A DNA stretch of 64,000 nt from Clostridia bacterium (GTDB taxonomy: Bacteria > Bacillota > Clostridia > UMGS1883 > UMGS1540). The notes beneath the pieces were generated by a model. That model did not search any database and was not told the origin of the DNA. It saw nothing but the letters and a program-made list of their open reading frames with translations. Of the stretch, positions 10,875-20,533 are shown piece after piece. The position numbers and the translations under genes are program-made. The number at the start of each line of letters is the position of its first letter. The stretch's first letter is position 1. Location: positions 83,802 through 147,801 of the forward strand of contig JAZSLT010000016.1 in the NCBI GenBank assembly GCA_045535515.1, written 5' to 3'.

Positions 10875-12053
10875 TTATTCTATGTCACTTCCTGTAAGCT
10901 GTCCCAAAAAGGAAATGGTGGGAATATCATGGACATTTTGTATTACGCGGATAGAAAGCTCCTTGGCGCGGTTTAAGAAGGAGGCGTCGGGCCGGTGCTG
11001 CGTCAGTACAATCATTCGCTCGGCATAAGGCCCGCCAAAGCGGTCCGCCACCACCGAAAGCTTATACAGTTCATCAGCATCCACGAACCCGTTTTTACAG
11101 GAAATGAAAATCGGCGTAATTCCTCGCATGAGGAATACATCTATCTCATTGAGAACATCCTCTTTCCAATAAGAGGCCATAAGATTGTCCCAATCCATCG
11201 TTACCCCTACTTTTCCGTCCGTAAACAGCCGGTTATCGCGACCGGGGTATACATACGCCGCATAATAGGTGTAAAGCTCCAGGGCAGTCCCTTCTTTTTC
11301 AAGTGCGTATTGCACCGCGTAGCTTTTATACGAAAAGGAAATGTGCGTGCTGTCCTCTGCGTATTCCGTTAAAGCGCCCACATCCCGAAGAGCGTGTAGG
11401 ACAAAGAAAAGCGCCTCGGCTTTCTTTTCGGAAAGCTTATTTTCTACGGTTTCCCGCGAAAGGCTGACGGAGGCATCCTCCGGACGCACAAAATGGTGCA
11501 GGGAACTGATAGCCGTATTCCACGCGCCGCAGTCCTGTTTTGCGACGGACCATACATCCAGCACATCCGCCCAGAAATCGGTGGACGGGGGCGGGGTGAA
11601 GGAGCCGGTAATACGGCCGCCGTAAAGTGTAATATTCTCCGAAACACTAAGACGGGGCGAGCGGGGGAGGGGATAGGCCATACCTTCGTCCAAGGGGGAA
11701 AGCGTATGGAAAGCTGGGTCCACCGTGTGCATCGGAATCCCGTATTTCCGGGAAAGGACACCCATGGCCACCAGCATTTCATCCTGTCCACCGGTTACAT
11801 CAAAGGCACAATCGGGATATGTCGCAAGAATACGCTCCAGCGCCTTTATAAGAGCCGGATACTTTCCGGCACAAACGACTACTTCTACCCTTGTAGGAAG
11901 ATGCTGCGACAAAATAATTTTTTCCATACGGCTTTTACACGCGTCCAGCTGCACGGCATCTGCCCCCAAAAGAACAAGCCGCTCGGGAGAAAGAAGCAGG
12001 GTGCTCAGCGCATTATGAATACTGACAGAATCCAAAAATTCAATAATAGTCAA
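10875..12053 (-). CDS. hypothetical two-domain protein: Rossmann-like N-domain (CARF-like DVTGG motif) and C-terminal PD-(D/E)xK-like region; translationally coupled to smc
   Basis: 392 aa with a TTG start at 12053 and RBS AAGGAAGG overlapping the smc stop. N-terminal beta-alpha-beta pattern RLVLLGADA / VEVVVC / CAFDVTGGQ. C-terminal EIDVFLMRGITPIFISCK. No family assigned with confidence. Confidence 0.5.
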   Translation of the reverse strand: MTIIEFLDSVSIHNALSTLLLSPERLVLLGADAVQLDACKSRMEKIILSQHLPTRVEVVVCAGKYPALIKALERILATYPDCAFDVTGGQDEMLVAMGVLSRKYGIPMHTVDPAFHTLSPLDEGMAYPLPRSPRLSVSENITLYGGRITGSFTPPPSTDFWADVLDVWSVAKQDCGAWNTAISSLHHFVRPEDASVSLSRETVENKLSEKKAEALFFVLHALRDVGALTEYAEDSTHISFSYKSYAVQYALEKEGTALELYTYYAAYVYPGRDNRLFTDGKVGVTMDWDNLMASYWKEDVLNEIDVFLMRGITPIFISCKNGFVDADELYKLSVVADRFGGPYAERMIVLTQHRPDASFLNRAKELSIRVIQNVHDIPTISFLGQLTGSDIE

Positions 12054-12065
12054 GGCTATCCTTCC

Positions 12066-15000
12066 TTACGATTGTTTCCGGATGTCCTCCAGCTGCATGG
12101 TCAGCAGCTTGGAAACACCTTTTTCCTGCATCGTTACACCATAGAGTACATCGGCGGCCTCCATCGTGCCGCGGCGGTGCGTAACAATGATGAACTGTGT
12201 ATGGGCGTAATTACGGAGATACGCCGCAAAGCGGTCAATATTGTGGTCGTCAAGAGCCGACTCAATTTCGTCTAAGATACAAAACGGCGCGGGGCGCACG
12301 CGAAGCACCGAGAACAAAATAGCAATCGCAGTCAGCGCTTTCTCACCGCCGGATAAAAGCGAAAGATTCTGCAGCTTTTTGCCGGGCGGTTGCACATCAA
12401 TTTCAATGCCGCTCTCCAGAATATTCTCGGGGTCCGTCAGCGTCAGCTTGCCGGTGCCGCCGCCAAAGAGCGTGCGGAAGGTATCCTTGAAATGCTCGGC
12501 AATTTCCGCAAAACGGGCGGAAAAGGTTTCCGTCATAACCTGTGTCATATCACGGATGATTTTTTCCAGCTCTGCCATGGCCTGTTCAAGGTCGGCAATC
12601 TGTCCGGACAAAAATTCGTGCCGCTTTTTCACTTCTTCATATTCTGCCATCGCGTCCACATTGACGCTGCCGAGATTACGGATACTGCGGCGAAGGCGCA
12701 CAGCCTCCTCCTTGGCAGGTCCCGTGGGGCCAATATCCGTCTGGAAGGCTATGGCGGCAGAATAGGTAAGCTCATACGCATCCCAAAGGTGAGAAACCGT
12801 ATCGTCCAGCGCACCTTGCGCTTTTTCAAGCCGTGCCTCGAGCCTTGCTTTTTCGCCTTGCAGGGCGGAAAGCTTTTCGTTTTGCGCCTGCAAATCCGTA
12901 CGCAGCAGCGCGGCCCGTGCATCGGCCGTACCCTTCTCGGCCGTCATGCTGGACAGATTGTCCTGAAATTCCTGTGCCTTTGTCCGGGCCGCCTCCATGT
13001 CAATAAGGCGGTTGGCGTGGCGAAGACGAAGCTCCTCTGCATTTTGCAGAGCCAGGCGCCTTTGGTGTTCCTTTTCGGCTACGGCATCGCGCACCTTCTG
13101 CACCGAGAGCATCGTCTGTTCCCGCTTTTGCGAGGCCGCTACCAAATCCTTTTCTGCGGAATTTACCGCTACCTGCAGCGCGGCGAGAGAATCGCGCTGG
13201 CGGCTTTGATTTTCCATATAGGTATGTAAAAGCGCGCGCGCCTCCCCGGTGTGTGCGCCTGCTTCATCGTGCTTTTTGCGGAGCATTTTTTCCTCATCGC
13301 GAAGACGGGCCTGCTCCTTATCAGCGTTTTCCATCTGCGCGTGTGTGCTTTCAAGGTCTGCCCGAAGCCTTGCCAGATGCTTTTCCTCGTTTTCGCGCGC
13401 GCCGGCGGCAAGCTGCAGCTGCCCTTCGCATTGCATCAGCGCCGCCTTTTGCTTTCCGTGTAAAGCGCGCAGTTCATCTGTTTTTTCTATAATTTCAGCG
13501 ATGCGGTCATTTTGTGCATCAATAGCCTCTTCCATTTTCTGCATTTTGGCGGAAAGGGTGGCACATTCTTTCCCGAGCGCCGCAATTTCCTCGCTCCGGC
13601 CCAGAAGATGCGACTGCCCTTGCCGGCTGCCGCCGGACATGGAACCGCCGCGCTGGAGAAGCTCTCCGTCCGTGGTGACAATCCTAAACTGGTGCGAAAA
13701 CTTCCGCGCCAGCGCGATGGCATGGTCAATCGTGTCCACCACCACCGTACTGCCTAAAAGCTGCAGAAGAATATCCGCGTAGTCGGCATCTGCCGAAACG
13801 AGGTCACACCCAAGACCGATAACACCTTCGGCAGACAGGACGCGCTGGGCATTAGGAAGTCGCTGTCCCCGTACCGCGGAGATAGGGAGGAAGGTCGCGC
13901 GCCCTTCATGGGTGCGTTTTAAAAAGGCGATAGCCTCTTTGGCATCCTCCTCCGTGCCGACAACAATGTTCTGTAAGGCACCGCCGAGTGCCGTTTCAAT
14001 AGCCGTTATGTAGGCGGGCTCCACGCGGATAAGCTGGGAAAGGACACCGCGGATGTCAGCAGAAAGACCGGCCGACAAAACGGCGCGGACACCCCTTGCA
14101 TAGCCTTCCATCGTTTGTTCCATTTCAGAAAGCGCATTTTTGCGCGAAAGCTTCTGGTTATACAGCCGCATACATTCGTTGTAGCTGTTTTTTTGCGCGG
14201 TCATCTTTTCCTGCACGCGCGGCTTCTCGGCCGCAAGGCTATGAAAATCTGCCGTCGTTTTCTCTATTTCGGCAGAAAGCTTTTCTTTTTCCTTCCGGAG
14301 CTTTTCTGTCTTCTCGCGGTTTTCGGCAAGATGCTGCTCGGCCCCGGCAATTTCCGCCGCCAGCTCGCTTTTCCGCGCCTGTAAATCATAGCCGGCGAGC
14401 GCCTCTATATGCCTTGCCATCTCGTCCGCCTGCGCCAGAAGCTGGGCAGCCGCGGTGGCCAGATTTTCGCAAACCTCTGTCTGTGTACGGATGGTGGCGG
14501 CGGTGTTTTCAAGCTTTTGCCGTTCCTCCTCCACCGCTTTCTCCGCCTTTTCCAGAGCGCGCTTATAGTCCTCCATTTGCGCCTCATTCGCGCGTGTATC
14601 TTCTTCCAACGCCAAAATTTCTTCTTCCAGCGCCTTTTTTTCTGTTTCATATTTTTCTGCCGTTTGCGTTTCGATTTCCATGCGCTGGAAAAGGAGTGCA
14701 TTATCGCCCTCCCAGCCTTTTATCGAAAGGTCGGTGCTGTGGAGAAGGGTGCGGATATTCTCTATTTCCGCATCGCGTTTTTTCATTTCGCCGTAGAGTG
14801 TTTCCTCCTCCAGCTTCAAAGCGTCAAGCTTCTGCGTTTCCGTCTCCAGCTCTTTTTCCACCGCCGCAAAAAGTTCGGCAGCCTCTTTTTGCGTTTTCTG
14901 TAGTTTCTCAATATCGGAAATGGAAAGGTTAATTTCCAGAACCTTCAGCTTTTCGTATAGGTCTAAATATTCCCGTGCCTTTTTGGCCTGCGCCTCCAGC

Positions 15001-15611
15001 GGTGCCAGACGGGCAGAAAGCTCGCCATGAATATCGCGCACGCGAACAAGATTCTCCTCCGTAGTGGTCAGCTTCCGTACCGCCTCGTTCTTTTTATACT
15101 TATATTTGGAAATGCCGGCCGCCTCTTCAAAGATTTGCCGCCGTTCCTCGGATTTTTGCGACAGGACGGCATCAATCTGCCCCTGGCTGATAATCGAATA
15201 GCCGTCACGCCCAAGACCGGTATCCATGAAAAGCTCGTGAATATCCTTAAGACGGCAGGGTGTTTTGTTGATAAAATACTCGCTTTCTCCGCTGCGATAT
15301 ACGCGGCGCGTAACCGTAATTTCCGTATAAGGGCTTGAAAAAAGCCCGGAAGTATTGTCGAGCGTCAGCGACACCTCGGCAAAGCTTACGGGTTTATGTT
15401 TGGCCGTACCGGCAAAAATAACATCCTCCATGCGGCTGCCGCGGAGTGATTTTATGCTTTGTTCGCCCAAAACCCAGCGGATAGCATCGGTAATGTTGCT
15501 TTTTCCGCTGCCGTTAGGACCGACAATGGCAGTGATGGCATAGTCAAAGGATACGGTCAGCTTGTCCATAAAGGACTTAAAGCCGTACATTTCGAGCTTT
15601 TTCAAATACAT
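12066..15611 (-). CDS. smc: chromosome segregation protein SMC
   Basis: 1181 aa; N-terminal Walker A FKSFMDKLTVSFDYAITAIVGPNGSGKSN, long coiled coils, a hinge, and a C-terminal LSGGEKALTAIAILF signature with Walker B ILDEIESALDD. Confidence 0.9.
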   Translation of the reverse strand: MYLKKLEMYGFKSFMDKLTVSFDYAITAIVGPNGSGKSNITDAIRWVLGEQSIKSLRGSRMEDVIFAGTAKHKPVSFAEVSLTLDNTSGLFSSPYTEITVTRRVYRSGESEYFINKTPCRLKDIHELFMDTGLGRDGYSIISQGQIDAVLSQKSEERRQIFEEAAGISKYKYKKNEAVRKLTTTEENLVRVRDIHGELSARLAPLEAQAKKAREYLDLYEKLKVLEINLSISDIEKLQKTQKEAAELFAAVEKELETETQKLDALKLEEETLYGEMKKRDAEIENIRTLLHSTDLSIKGWEGDNALLFQRMEIETQTAEKYETEKKALEEEILALEEDTRANEAQMEDYKRALEKAEKAVEEERQKLENTAATIRTQTEVCENLATAAAQLLAQADEMARHIEALAGYDLQARKSELAAEIAGAEQHLAENREKTEKLRKEKEKLSAEIEKTTADFHSLAAEKPRVQEKMTAQKNSYNECMRLYNQKLSRKNALSEMEQTMEGYARGVRAVLSAGLSADIRGVLSQLIRVEPAYITAIETALGGALQNIVVGTEEDAKEAIAFLKRTHEGRATFLPISAVRGQRLPNAQRVLSAEGVIGLGCDLVSADADYADILLQLLGSTVVVDTIDHAIALARKFSHQFRIVTTDGELLQRGGSMSGGSRQGQSHLLGRSEEIAALGKECATLSAKMQKMEEAIDAQNDRIAEIIEKTDELRALHGKQKAALMQCEGQLQLAAGARENEEKHLARLRADLESTHAQMENADKEQARLRDEEKMLRKKHDEAGAHTGEARALLHTYMENQSRQRDSLAALQVAVNSAEKDLVAASQKREQTMLSVQKVRDAVAEKEHQRRLALQNAEELRLRHANRLIDMEAARTKAQEFQDNLSSMTAEKGTADARAALLRTDLQAQNEKLSALQGEKARLEARLEKAQGALDDTVSHLWDAYELTYSAAIAFQTDIGPTGPAKEEAVRLRRSIRNLGSVNVDAMAEYEEVKKRHEFLSGQIADLEQAMAELEKIIRDMTQVMTETFSARFAEIAEHFKDTFRTLFGGGTGKLTLTDPENILESGIEIDVQPPGKKLQNLSLLSGGEKALTAIAILFSVLRVRPAPFCILDEIESALDDHNIDRFAAYLRNYAHTQFIIVTHRRGTMEAADVLYGVTMQEKGVSKLLTMQLEDIRKQS

Positions 15612-15642
15612 GCCATCACCACCTTTCTGCTTTATCGCTTGT

Positions 15643-16485
15643 TTATTTTCTTAAAAAGAGAATACCTAATGTGCCGGGACCGCAATGGCTGGATATGACA
15701 CAGCCGGCATCGGCCTCGTAAATCTTCGCGAATATACCAAGCTCCTCCAAGGTTTCCAGCGCGGCCGCGTGCACCTCGGGGTCCACCCCGGCATCCGTCA
15801 GGAATACAAAATCCGGCTGTACTTCTTTCTCGGCGAGCCGTTCCTTTATGTATTTGGAAACCACCATTTTCAGCTTGCCGCGGTATTTTTGCTCCATGCC
15901 GAGCTTTCCGTCCGAAACGGCGAGACACGGCTTTATACCAAGGAGATTTGCCCCAAGTGCTGCTACACCGCTGCAACGGCCGCCGCGGTGGATATAATCC
16001 AGCCTGTCGAGTACAAAGCTTACATCACAGCACGAAGCCATATCCGTACAGGCGGCGGCAATCTCCGCCGCTGTCGCGCCACCCTCGCGAAGAGAAATCG
16101 CGTGCAGGAGAAGGAGCGCTTCTCCGGAGGAAAGCGACATGGTGTCCACAACAAATACATTTTCCAGCTCGCTTGCCGCAAGCCTTGCGTTCTGACAGGC
16201 CGACGAAAAGCCGGAGCCGATGGAAAAATAAACAACAGCCTCTCCTTGCTCTAAAAGAGATGTAAAGAAATCCGTAAAATCAGCGGGGGGAATGGCAGAG
16301 GTTTTCGGCATCATGCCAAGCTCCTCCACCTTTTTATAAATCTCATCCCGCGTAATAGATACACCGTCCACAAACTCTGCGTCTCCGAAACTGATGTGAT
16401 AGGGGATAACGGCTACGGAATGTTTGGTGAGAACCGAGGCCGGAACATCACACGCGCTATCTACGGCGAATATAATTTTCTGCAT
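15643..16485 (-). CDS. DegV-family fatty-acid-binding protein
   Basis: MQKIIFAVDSACDVP...; start placed at the ATG at 16485, with AAAGGA 7 nt upstream; the track ORF extends further to 16545. Confidence 0.8.
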   Translation of the reverse strand: MQKIIFAVDSACDVPASVLTKHSVAVIPYHISFGDAEFVDGVSITRDEIYKKVEELGMMPKTSAIPPADFTDFFTSLLEQGEAVVYFSIGSGFSSACQNARLAASELENVFVVDTMSLSSGEALLLLHAISLREGGATAAEIAAACTDMASCCDVSFVLDRLDYIHRGGRCSGVAALGANLLGIKPCLAVSDGKLGMEQKYRGKLKMVVSKYIKERLAEKEVQPDFVFLTDAGVDPEVHAAALETLEELGIFAKIYEADAGCVISSHCGPGTLGILFLRK

Positions 16486-16501
16486 ATTCTTATCCTTTCT
16501 T

Positions 16502-17380
16502 TTATTCTTCGAGCTTGCGAAGCTCCGCAATTTCTTTTTCGCCAAGTTTATCGCTGTTATGGCGATTTCCTTTTCGGATAAACTTTACTTCCTCGCGCGA
16601 AAAATCAACGATTGCACCCTCCTCGCTGCCCTCAAGCCGCACGCGGAGCTTGCCAGAAAGGAGCGCAACAGTAATAACCGTTCCGTTGCCGCGCGGCGTT
16701 TTGACGAGTGCCCCAACCGGAGGCGTAATCTTTTGCAGCTCTTCATACGAATCCTGCTCGTATTTCAGGCAGCACATCAGCCTTCCGCAGGTGCCGGAAA
16801 TCTTTGTGGGATTTAAGGAAAGCCCCTGCTCCTTTGCCATTTTAATCGAAACCGGCTGAAAATCGCTTAAAAATGTCGAACAGCAAAGCGGGCGACCGCA
16901 AACGCAAAGTCCGCCCATGAGCTTGGCCTCATCGCGAACGCCGACCTGCCGCAGCTCTATACGGGTGCGGAATACCCCTGCGAGGTCCTTGACCAGCTCG
17001 CGGAAGTCCACACGCCCGTTGGCGGTGAAGTAAAAGAGTATTTTATTACCGTCAAAGGAGTATTCGGCGTGAATAAGCTTCATTTCCAGCTTGTGCTTTT
17101 CAATTTTTTCCAGACATATAGAAAAGGCTTCCTTTTCCTTCTTGCGGTTTGTTTCCACCTGACGCGTATCGGCGGGCGTTGCAATACGAACGACCTTTTT
17201 AAGCGGGGAAACCAGCTTGTCGTCGGGAATATCGGTGACGGGAACAGAAACCTCGCCGTATTCCAGGCCGCGTGCTGTTTCCACTACAACATGCATACCG
17301 ACCGAAAGCGGTAAATCCGCTGGGTCAAAGTGGTAAACCTTGCCGTTTTCTTTAAATCTGACACCTACTATCCGTATCAT
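16502..17380 (-). CDS. ricT: PSP1-domain protein RicT/YaaT (stage 0 sporulation protein YaaT-like)
   Basis: 292 aa; N-terminal MIRIVGVRFKENGKVYHFDP; cysteine cluster CVCGRPLCC...CGRLMCC; lies downstream of holB as in Bacillus. Confidence 0.8.
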   Translation of the reverse strand: MIRIVGVRFKENGKVYHFDPADLPLSVGMHVVVETARGLEYGEVSVPVTDIPDDKLVSPLKKVVRIATPADTRQVETNRKKEKEAFSICLEKIEKHKLEMKLIHAEYSFDGNKILFYFTANGRVDFRELVKDLAGVFRTRIELRQVGVRDEAKLMGGLCVCGRPLCCSTFLSDFQPVSIKMAKEQGLSLNPTKISGTCGRLMCCLKYEQDSYEELQKITPPVGALVKTPRGNGTVITVALLSGKLRVRLEGSEEGAIVDFSREEVKFIRKGNRHNSDKLGEKEIAELRKLEE

Positions 17381-18347
17381 GACAATACCTCCAACATTCT
17401 GATAGAAAATCTGTTATCCATAGTGTAAAGTTTGAACCCTTGCCGATGGATGCGGCAAGCGAGATGGCTGCTTCGTGGCAGCAAGCGGCCGCGCGTGGCG
17501 ACACGGAAAAGGCAAATTGCGAAATCGCTGCTTCAAAATCGCGGTTTTGGAGTGCGCCGCCATCGGAAAGCTGCACATAAATACAGTCGCGCATCCACGA
17601 GGAAAAAAGAGCAAGCATAGAGGGAAGGGCGTCTTTGTATTCCTCAAAACAGCGTAGTATGGCATAAATACCGGCCCGTGAGGCGGTAAGACGGGGAAGA
17701 AGCGAAAAAAGCGACTCGCGCATGGCAAGGTATGTCTCATCCTCGGCAAGGCTTGCAGCTGTGCCGATGCTGCCGCCGGCACTTGCCGCCAGAAAGGGCG
17801 CATCTATGGCGCGCTCGGGGAAGTTTTCCCGTATATATTCTTCCAGTTCTCCGTAGGGGCATCCCGTCATTCCCAGCACAATACCGCGCGATAAAACCGT
17901 TTTCAAAAGGGCATCGCGGCTTGTGGTGGTCAATAAAATCGTTACATAGGGGGGCGGCTCCTCAAAGGCCTTCAAAAGCGTGTTTTGCACAGCCGCAGAA
18001 AGCTTTTCCCCGTCAGGAATAATGTACACCTTGCGCTCCGCCAGAAAGGGCTTTACATACATTTCCGCCACAAGCGCGCGCGCTCTTTCTACATGAAACG
18101 GATTTTTTTCATCCGCCTCCACAAAAATCATGTCGGGATGGTTGCCGCTTTTCGTTTTTATGCAGGCGCTGCACCGGCCGCAAGGCGCATCCTCGCCTTC
18201 GCAAAGGAGCATCTCGGCCAGATGGCGGCACAAGGTCTTTTTTCCCATACCAACAGCACCCTCGAAAATATACAGATGTCCGATTGTATGCTTTCGGAGT
18301 GCTGCCTTAAAATATGCTATCTGTTTTTCCTTGCCGTACAGCTTCAA
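17352..18347 (-). CDS. holB: DNA polymerase III subunit delta-prime
   Basis: 331 aa; HLYIFEGAVGMGKKTL Walker-like motif; CGRCSAC zinc module; synteny with yaaT. Confidence 0.75.
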   Translation of the reverse strand: MKLYGKEKQIAYFKAALRKHTIGHLYIFEGAVGMGKKTLCRHLAEMLLCEGEDAPCGRCSACIKTKSGNHPDMIFVEADEKNPFHVERARALVAEMYVKPFLAERKVYIIPDGEKLSAAVQNTLLKAFEEPPPYVTILLTTTSRDALLKTVLSRGIVLGMTGCPYGELEEYIRENFPERAIDAPFLAASAGGSIGTAASLAEDETYLAMRESLFSLLPRLTASRAGIYAILRCFEEYKDALPSMLALFSSWMRDCIYVQLSDGGALQNRDFEAAISQFAFSVSPRAAACCHEAAISLAASIGKGSNFTLWITDFLSECWRYCHDTDSRCQI

Positions 18348-18670
18348 ACCTTTTCAAACCTGTCTACATCCGTAACAAATATGGTGGCACCGCCTATTTC
18401 CACCTCAACCGGCTGGGGCGTGTAAACACCCGCCATGCCCGCGGAAATCGGTGTTGTCATAATATGCTTACGGGTGTGGCACCTTTCTTTGAAAATAGAG
18501 ATGGCTTCCTCTACGCGTTCCTCCTCTGTACCGACAAGGAGGGTGATATTCCCCGCGCGGAGAAAACCGCCGGTGGTAGCGAGCTTTGTGACACTAAAGC
18601 CGGCTTCACTTAATGCGCCGAGAACTTTATTCCCGTCGTCGCTGTTAACAATCGCTAAAATAAGCTTCAT
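18344..18670 (-). CDS. darA: PII-like c-di-AMP receptor DarA/YaaQ
   Basis: 108 aa from MKLILAIVNSDDGNKVLGALSEAGFSVTKLATTGGFLRAGN; RBS GGAGAA; ATGA overlap with holB; the track ORF is over-extended to 18916. Confidence 0.7.
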   Translation of the reverse strand: MKLILAIVNSDDGNKVLGALSEAGFSVTKLATTGGFLRAGNITLLVGTEEERVEEAISIFKERCHTRKHIMTTPISAGMAGVYTPQPVEVEIGGATIFVTDVDRFEKV

Positions 18671-18821
18671 AAAACATTCTCCTTTTCCTTTTTGGATGCG
18701 TTTTCTGCGCATAATAGAGAAAATCATTTTACTTAAGATACAGTATAGCATAAAATAGGAAAAAAAGCAAAGCTTTTTTACAAGGAAGCGGCAAAAATAT
18801 TGCGAAAAAGAGGAAATAAAT

Positions 18822-18870
18822 AGAGAAAAACACCCCAAAAGAGCGAGTTTGCATCGTCTTATGGGGTGTG
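18822..18870 (-). terminator. rho-independent terminator after the dehydrogenase gene
   Basis: On the minus strand, CACACCCCA...TGGGGTGTG hairpin followed by a U-rich tract. Confidence 0.45.
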
Positions 18871-18916
18871 CGTAAAAGCTTTTGTGTGTGGGCGCGGGGC
18901 TTGTGCCTTCCGGCAA

Positions 18917-19885
18917 TCAGAAACGCCGCGCTTTTAAAAATTTTTCGTTGATAATGTGAAGAGGCGCGTCGCCGGACAAAAAGCGGAGCACATTTTCTGT
19001 CACTTCTTTATGCAAATCGTCCGTTCCTTCGCAGGAATAATAGGCAAGACGAGGCGTCATAATCACATTAGGCAGGGAAAGCAGCTTACAGGAGGCGGAT
19101 GGCGGTTCTTTCTCGAGCGCATCCAGTGCGGCACCGCCGATTTCGCCGGACAAAAGCGCGAAAATCAATTCGTTTTCGTTGACAAGGCTGCCGTGGGCGG
19201 TGTTCAGCAGTACGGCATCCTTTTTCATATATTTAAATTGCGCCATGCCCATCATGTGGCGGGTTTCCTCTCTCGCCGGCGCGTGCAGCGAAACATAGTC
19301 TGCTCTTTCCAAAAGCGCGGGGAAGTCGGCCAAAAAGGCGCCGCCGTTTTCATCTTCATTGCCAAAGGGGGCCGTTACCAGCACCTCCATTTCAAAGGCG
19401 CGGGCGCGCGCAGCCACCAGACGAGCCACATCATCATACCCGACAAGGCCGAGCGTCTTCCCACGCAAACGGCGCACATTACAGGCATATTCCGCGCCCC
19501 ATTTGCCGCTTCGCGCACAGCTGTCTGCAAGAGGGATTTGCCTTGCAGCGGCCAATAAAAGCGCCATCGTATGCTCCGCCGCATCATAAATACCATGGGA
19601 CGGCGTGTTACAAACGAAAATACCTTTTTTGCCGGCTGCTTCCAAATCCACCGTATCGCAGGCCATGCCATAGCCGACTATCAGCTTGCATTTTTCCAGC
19701 GCATCTATTACCTCTTTGGTGATGTGCGCATCGTTAAACAATAAAACATCCGCGTCGTGTACGATAGAGCGAAGCTCGCCGGCGTCTTTAAAATAGGTGA
19801 CAAGGAAGGCTGCGCCCCGGGCATGGAACGCCTTTTTTTCAAGAGAAAAATCGGCACCCGTGCGGTCCAGCATCACAATTTTCAT
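18917..19885 (-). CDS. D-isomer-specific 2-hydroxyacid dehydrogenase family protein (NAD-binding)
   Basis: 322 aa; GKTLGLVGYDDVARLVAARARAF Rossmann motif; catalytic R/E/H pattern typical of the PGDH/CtBP family. Confidence 0.75.
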   Translation of the reverse strand: MKIVMLDRTGADFSLEKKAFHARGAAFLVTYFKDAGELRSIVHDADVLLFNDAHITKEVIDALEKCKLIVGYGMACDTVDLEAAGKKGIFVCNTPSHGIYDAAEHTMALLLAAARQIPLADSCARSGKWGAEYACNVRRLRGKTLGLVGYDDVARLVAARARAFEMEVLVTAPFGNEDENGGAFLADFPALLERADYVSLHAPAREETRHMMGMAQFKYMKKDAVLLNTAHGSLVNENELIFALLSGEIGGAALDALEKEPPSASCKLLSLPNVIMTPRLAYYSCEGTDDLHKEVTENVLRFLSGDAPLHIINEKFLKARRF

Positions 19886-19927
19886 TCGTATCAGTCCTTT
19901 CGTATTTTTCAGATTATACCGAAACCT

Positions 19928-20395
19928 TTAGATGGTCTTGTGGAGCGTCGTAATCGTGCCGCCCTCCAGAATAAGAAGGCCAAAAGAGGGGGCACCGCTG
20001 GCCGGCAGAGAAATACTGCCGGGATTAAAGAGATGTACGCCGTCCACCTCACCATCAAATGCTTCATGGGTATGACCGAACAGGGCAAGGTCTGCGCCCC
20101 TGGCGGCCGCGGCCAGACGCGAAAGGTCCTCCTTTACACCGAGGGAGTGTCCGTGACAAAGAAACAGGCGCTTGCCGCCTATTTCCACGGTTTTTTCCGT
20201 GTCTTCGCCTGCACAAAAATCACAGTTTCCGCATACATAGGTGATAGGCGTATCCGGATACACAATACCTAAATCCTCCGTGTCCCGCACAGTGTCGCCG
20301 AGATGCAGAATATGGTCAACAGGGCCGGCAAGGTGCATGGCGCGGAGGCAGTTGTGCATTCTGCCGTGGCTGTCGCTGAAAACAATAATACGCAT
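19928..20395 (-). CDS. YfcE-like metallophosphoesterase (phosphodiesterase)
   Basis: 155 aa; MRIIVFSDSHG ... GDTV ... CGNCD ... GHTH motifs; the track ORF is over-extended antisense into ruvX. Confidence 0.75.
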   Translation of the reverse strand: MRIIVFSDSHGRMHNCLRAMHLAGPVDHILHLGDTVRDTEDLGIVYPDTPITYVCGNCDFCAGEDTEKTVEIGGKRLFLCHGHSLGVKEDLSRLAAAARGADLALFGHTHEAFDGEVDGVHLFNPGSISLPASGAPSFGLLILEGGTITTLHKTI

Positions 20396-20533
20396 AAAAA
20401 TTCCACCCTTCTTTCTTCCACTATATAGTAAAACAGACCATTTGTCAAGACTTTCCCATACATGGGTAGCTTTTTTGCGAAAAAGACTTGATTTTATCTC
20501 GGGATGCGTGTATAATAAGGAAGGTGATGCAGA

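Noticed and set aside
11493-12275. 260-aa plus-strand ORF overlapping the 392-aa gene and the smc 3' end.
   Set aside because: Antisense to two genes coupled by an RBS; no start context; Arg/Gly-rich low-complexity product.
12390-13229. 279-aa plus-strand ORF antisense within smc.
   Set aside because: Same artefact of GC-rich coiled-coil coding sequence; the translation is low-complexity.
14096-14932. Long plus-strand ORFs (278 and 164 aa) antisense to smc, including Arg/Lys/Trp-rich low-complexity translations.
   Set aside because: They lie inside the SMC coiled-coil region. High GC and repetitive AAG/GAG/CGC codons suppress stop codons on the opposite strand. There is no RBS and no coherent domain. 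The smc frame has full-length conserved motifs.
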